Below, one piece after another: positions 61,640 through 64,000 of a stretch of 64,000 bases of DNA (its first letter is position 1; each line of letters starts with the position of its first letter). The stretch lies in NCBI GenBank assembly GCA_004022145.1, contig RCNU01000006.1. One strand, written 5' to 3'. The notes under the pieces are model-generated. The model was not told where the DNA came from, did no database searches, and was given only the letters and a program-made list of their open reading frames with translations. The stretch comes from Paecilomyces variotii (lineage: Eukaryota). The translations under genes and the position numbers were made by a program.

Positions 61640-63868
61640 TTACAGGTCCAGAGTCTTGAAATCCGCACCAGCTTCTGCGCTCAATGGCTGAACTCTGGCT
61701 CTTGAGTCAGCGTCTGCTGGCTGGAAAGTGAAGTGATTTCCAAGACCGGCAGTGGCGGCGTCGGCGAGGATAGCGTTCGCTTCCTCACCAGGGCCCTTGA
61801 GGCTAGCAGCTTGCATTGCGTCCTGGACTTCCTTGACTCGCTTCTTGAAGGCCATGCGGTCGAGGAAGAGCTGCTGTCGGGCCTGCTCCAGCTCTCTGCG
61901 CTCAGCTTCGATGATCTCTTCCATTTCGTTGAACTGCGCAAGCTTAATCTCGAACTTCTGCAGCGTGATGTTGACAGCAGCAGACACAAGGCGAGTCATC
62001 TCGCGCTCTTCGTGCGATGCCAGGGCACCGGCACGAGCAGCAGATGTTCCCAGTGCTACAGTGGCAAGAGATGCTGGCGTACGCTTGTCTCCCTGGGCCA
62101 CTTCCGTGGACTCCTGTTCCCGAGAGACTTCCTCGATCTCCATCGAATCCTCAGACTTCATGGGCTCTCCTTCCTTCTCCTTGCCTTTATCTTGAGCCTT
62201 GTCACTGCTCTTCTCAATCTGCTTTTGGAGCTCCTTGCGGATCTCCTGCACGGAGCGTCCGGCTGCCGCGGCGGCCACTGCAGGCTCTGCCATCTGTGCC
62301 AAAAATGCGACAACAGACAGAACAGGGTTGTCGAGCTGGCTAACCGGTTCTCTTCCGTTAGGAGCCCGGTTTGCGTCTGATGTACCGGGCAGATCGTCGA
62401 GATACTTGTCCTCAATCTCTAGTTGCAAGAACTTCATCACACACTCTTCCCGAGTTCTCGTGCCGACATGCTTGGCGATCTGGTCCCAGTTGTCGTCAAA
62501 GTTCTCGAGAGCCTCGAGGAGCAGAATCAACTCTGACTCAGACCACGGAGCATCCTTATCGGAGATACCGGTGTGTGGCTTCTCTTCGATTCTCACAAAG
62601 TCTGAGGCGCTGTGGCTGGACGGCATGCGACCCTGGAGGAAGCAGTTCGGGCACAGATCGTATTTTGTATCAGAAGCATTGGGGTTTGCTGTAGCAGGAG
62701 TCGACTTGGCGTAGTGAAAGCGAAGGCGCGTACAATCGATACCACAAGAGAAGCAGTGGACTTTGCGGCGCGGCTCACGGACGACGCTCTCCAACGACTT
62801 GGCTGAAGCCTCGGCCACTGTGCCGTTAGCGGCAGCGCCATCTCCATTCGTCTGCTTCGCCTTGTCTTCGGAGGGAGTGACTTCTTTGCCCTTATCGTCG
62901 TAGATATTGCGACGGATCTCGAGGTTGAGATCCGCCTTGCTGGCAGGAGTAGCGGACGCCGCACGGTCAGTGGCAGGCAGAGGCTTTCCAGGAGTAACAA
63001 AGGAGTTCGGTCCCGGCTGGAATGGCTGCAGTCCACGAGGAGTATCGGCTGTGACTCTGAAGTGGCCAGTGAAAGGTGGGCCGATATTCGAAGGCCGCGT
63101 CTGAGGGTCGACCTAGAACAAAAGTTAGACAGGTTTGCGGAGCAGTTGTTCTTGTTATTCTTACCTGGTAATTGATGAGGCCCCATTGTTCGAGGAAGGA
63201 ATGAACACGCATTATAGCGCAAACATCACCCGCCAGATTCCTGCGGCAGGCGGTGACCGTCAAATACTCGACCGGGTTCAATCGGTAGGTGTTGATCATG
63301 AAGTCTCGGTAATCTTTGTAGACTGCAGGAGTCTTGCTTCGGTTACGACCGTTGAAGAACTCTGCCATTGCTTTCTTTTCCAAGGGGTGGATCGTATGCA
63401 TATCGAACCACGATGTGTAACTGGGGAGAATGATGGCATGTGTCTGGGAAACGAGATGCGAACGAGCTGAATCCTCGACGGAGGCCTTGTCCTGTGCGGG
63501 TTGCTCTTCTCCAGCGGCATCTGCAGCTGGCTGCGAACCAGAAGCATCTGCGCTTGCATCCGCTGTGCCATTCTCCTTGCTTGCCGTCTCTGTACCGCCC
63601 ATCTCCTCGTCTTCTGGCTCCGCATCATCATTCTGCGGTCGGGGCGATGCTGGTGCATCCATAGGGTTATCTGATCCCGTATTTTCGGTCTTCTTCACGG
63701 GCGATTGCGATCCTGCATTTCCAGGTCAAAGCTTTAGCAACTATTGCGTTTCAGAGAACGATAACAAGCTAGCGATTACATACCAGAGTCAGCGGGCGCA
63801 TCCTGGCCAGCAGCACCTGCCTGCTCTTTATCAGCAGGGCCACTGGGGATGACGGGGTTCTCATCCAT
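61640..63868 (-). CDS. rsc8: SWI/SNF-RSC complex subunit Rsc8/Swi3 (SWIRM, ZZ, SANT, coiled coil); exons 63868-63784, 63712-63165, 63112-61640
   Basis: SWIRM ([10 protein letters not shown]...[13 protein letters not shown]...ACRRNLAGD...WGLINYQ), ZZ (CFSC...CPNCF), SANT ([14 protein letters not shown]...[12 protein letters not shown]), [10 protein letters not shown] and a C-terminal coiled coil. Confidence 0.96.
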
Positions 63869-64000
63869 CGTGGCGCGTTGGGATCTAGATGGGACGTTGG
63901 TCGCAAGTAACGGGAACAGGCTCCTTGCCTGCGATGAGAGACGTCAAGAGTCGTCAAAGCTCTTTGGTGAACAGGACGCAGACGCAGTCAGCAGATGACT

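Noticed and set aside
61681..62714. Long antisense and alternate-frame ORFs over rsc8 (similar ones over irc3, jen1, bst1)
   Set aside because: Typical shadows of codon-biased coding sequence with no independent domain signal.
1..64000. CRISPR arrays, rRNA, telomeric arrays, prokaryotic operons
   Set aside because: The sequence is intron-containing fungal DNA, and no repeat-spacer, rRNA or (TTAGGG)n arrays were seen.

Overview
Eukaryotic fungal genomic DNA, most likely a Eurotiomycete (Aspergillus/Paecilomyces/Talaromyces-like), judged from short GT-AG introns with CTRAY branch sites and from protein similarity recalled from memory (no searches were run). About 18 intact spliced or intronless genes can be reconstructed. 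The left block (1-25.3 kb) holds the 3' end of rax2, a Zn2Cys6 transcription factor, a Baeyer-Villiger/flavin monooxygenase, ogg1 head-to-head with U2AF65, a Cys-rich single-pass membrane protein, a Yfl054-type aquaglyceroporin and a GprM-like GPCR. The right block (45.5-64 kb) holds a jen1 carboxylate transporter, a divergent NMNAT, bst1, irc3 head-to-head with an rrn5-like gene, and rsc8/swi3. Between them lies an ~18 kb gene-sparse, accessory-looking island (~26-44.4 kb). It carries an OsmC-family protein, an HxxxD acyltransferase, a SAM methyltransferase, an intact APH/Aim9-like phosphotransferase next to a small decayed gene, an orphan zinc-finger-like ORF and two RIP-like TpA-rich tracts. 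No tRNA, rRNA, CRISPR array, intact transposase or Starship captain was recognised. I cannot demonstrate a new system. The best candidates are the backbone-less OsmC/acyltransferase/methyltransferase trio and the phosphotransferase plus small-gene module embedded in RIP debris.
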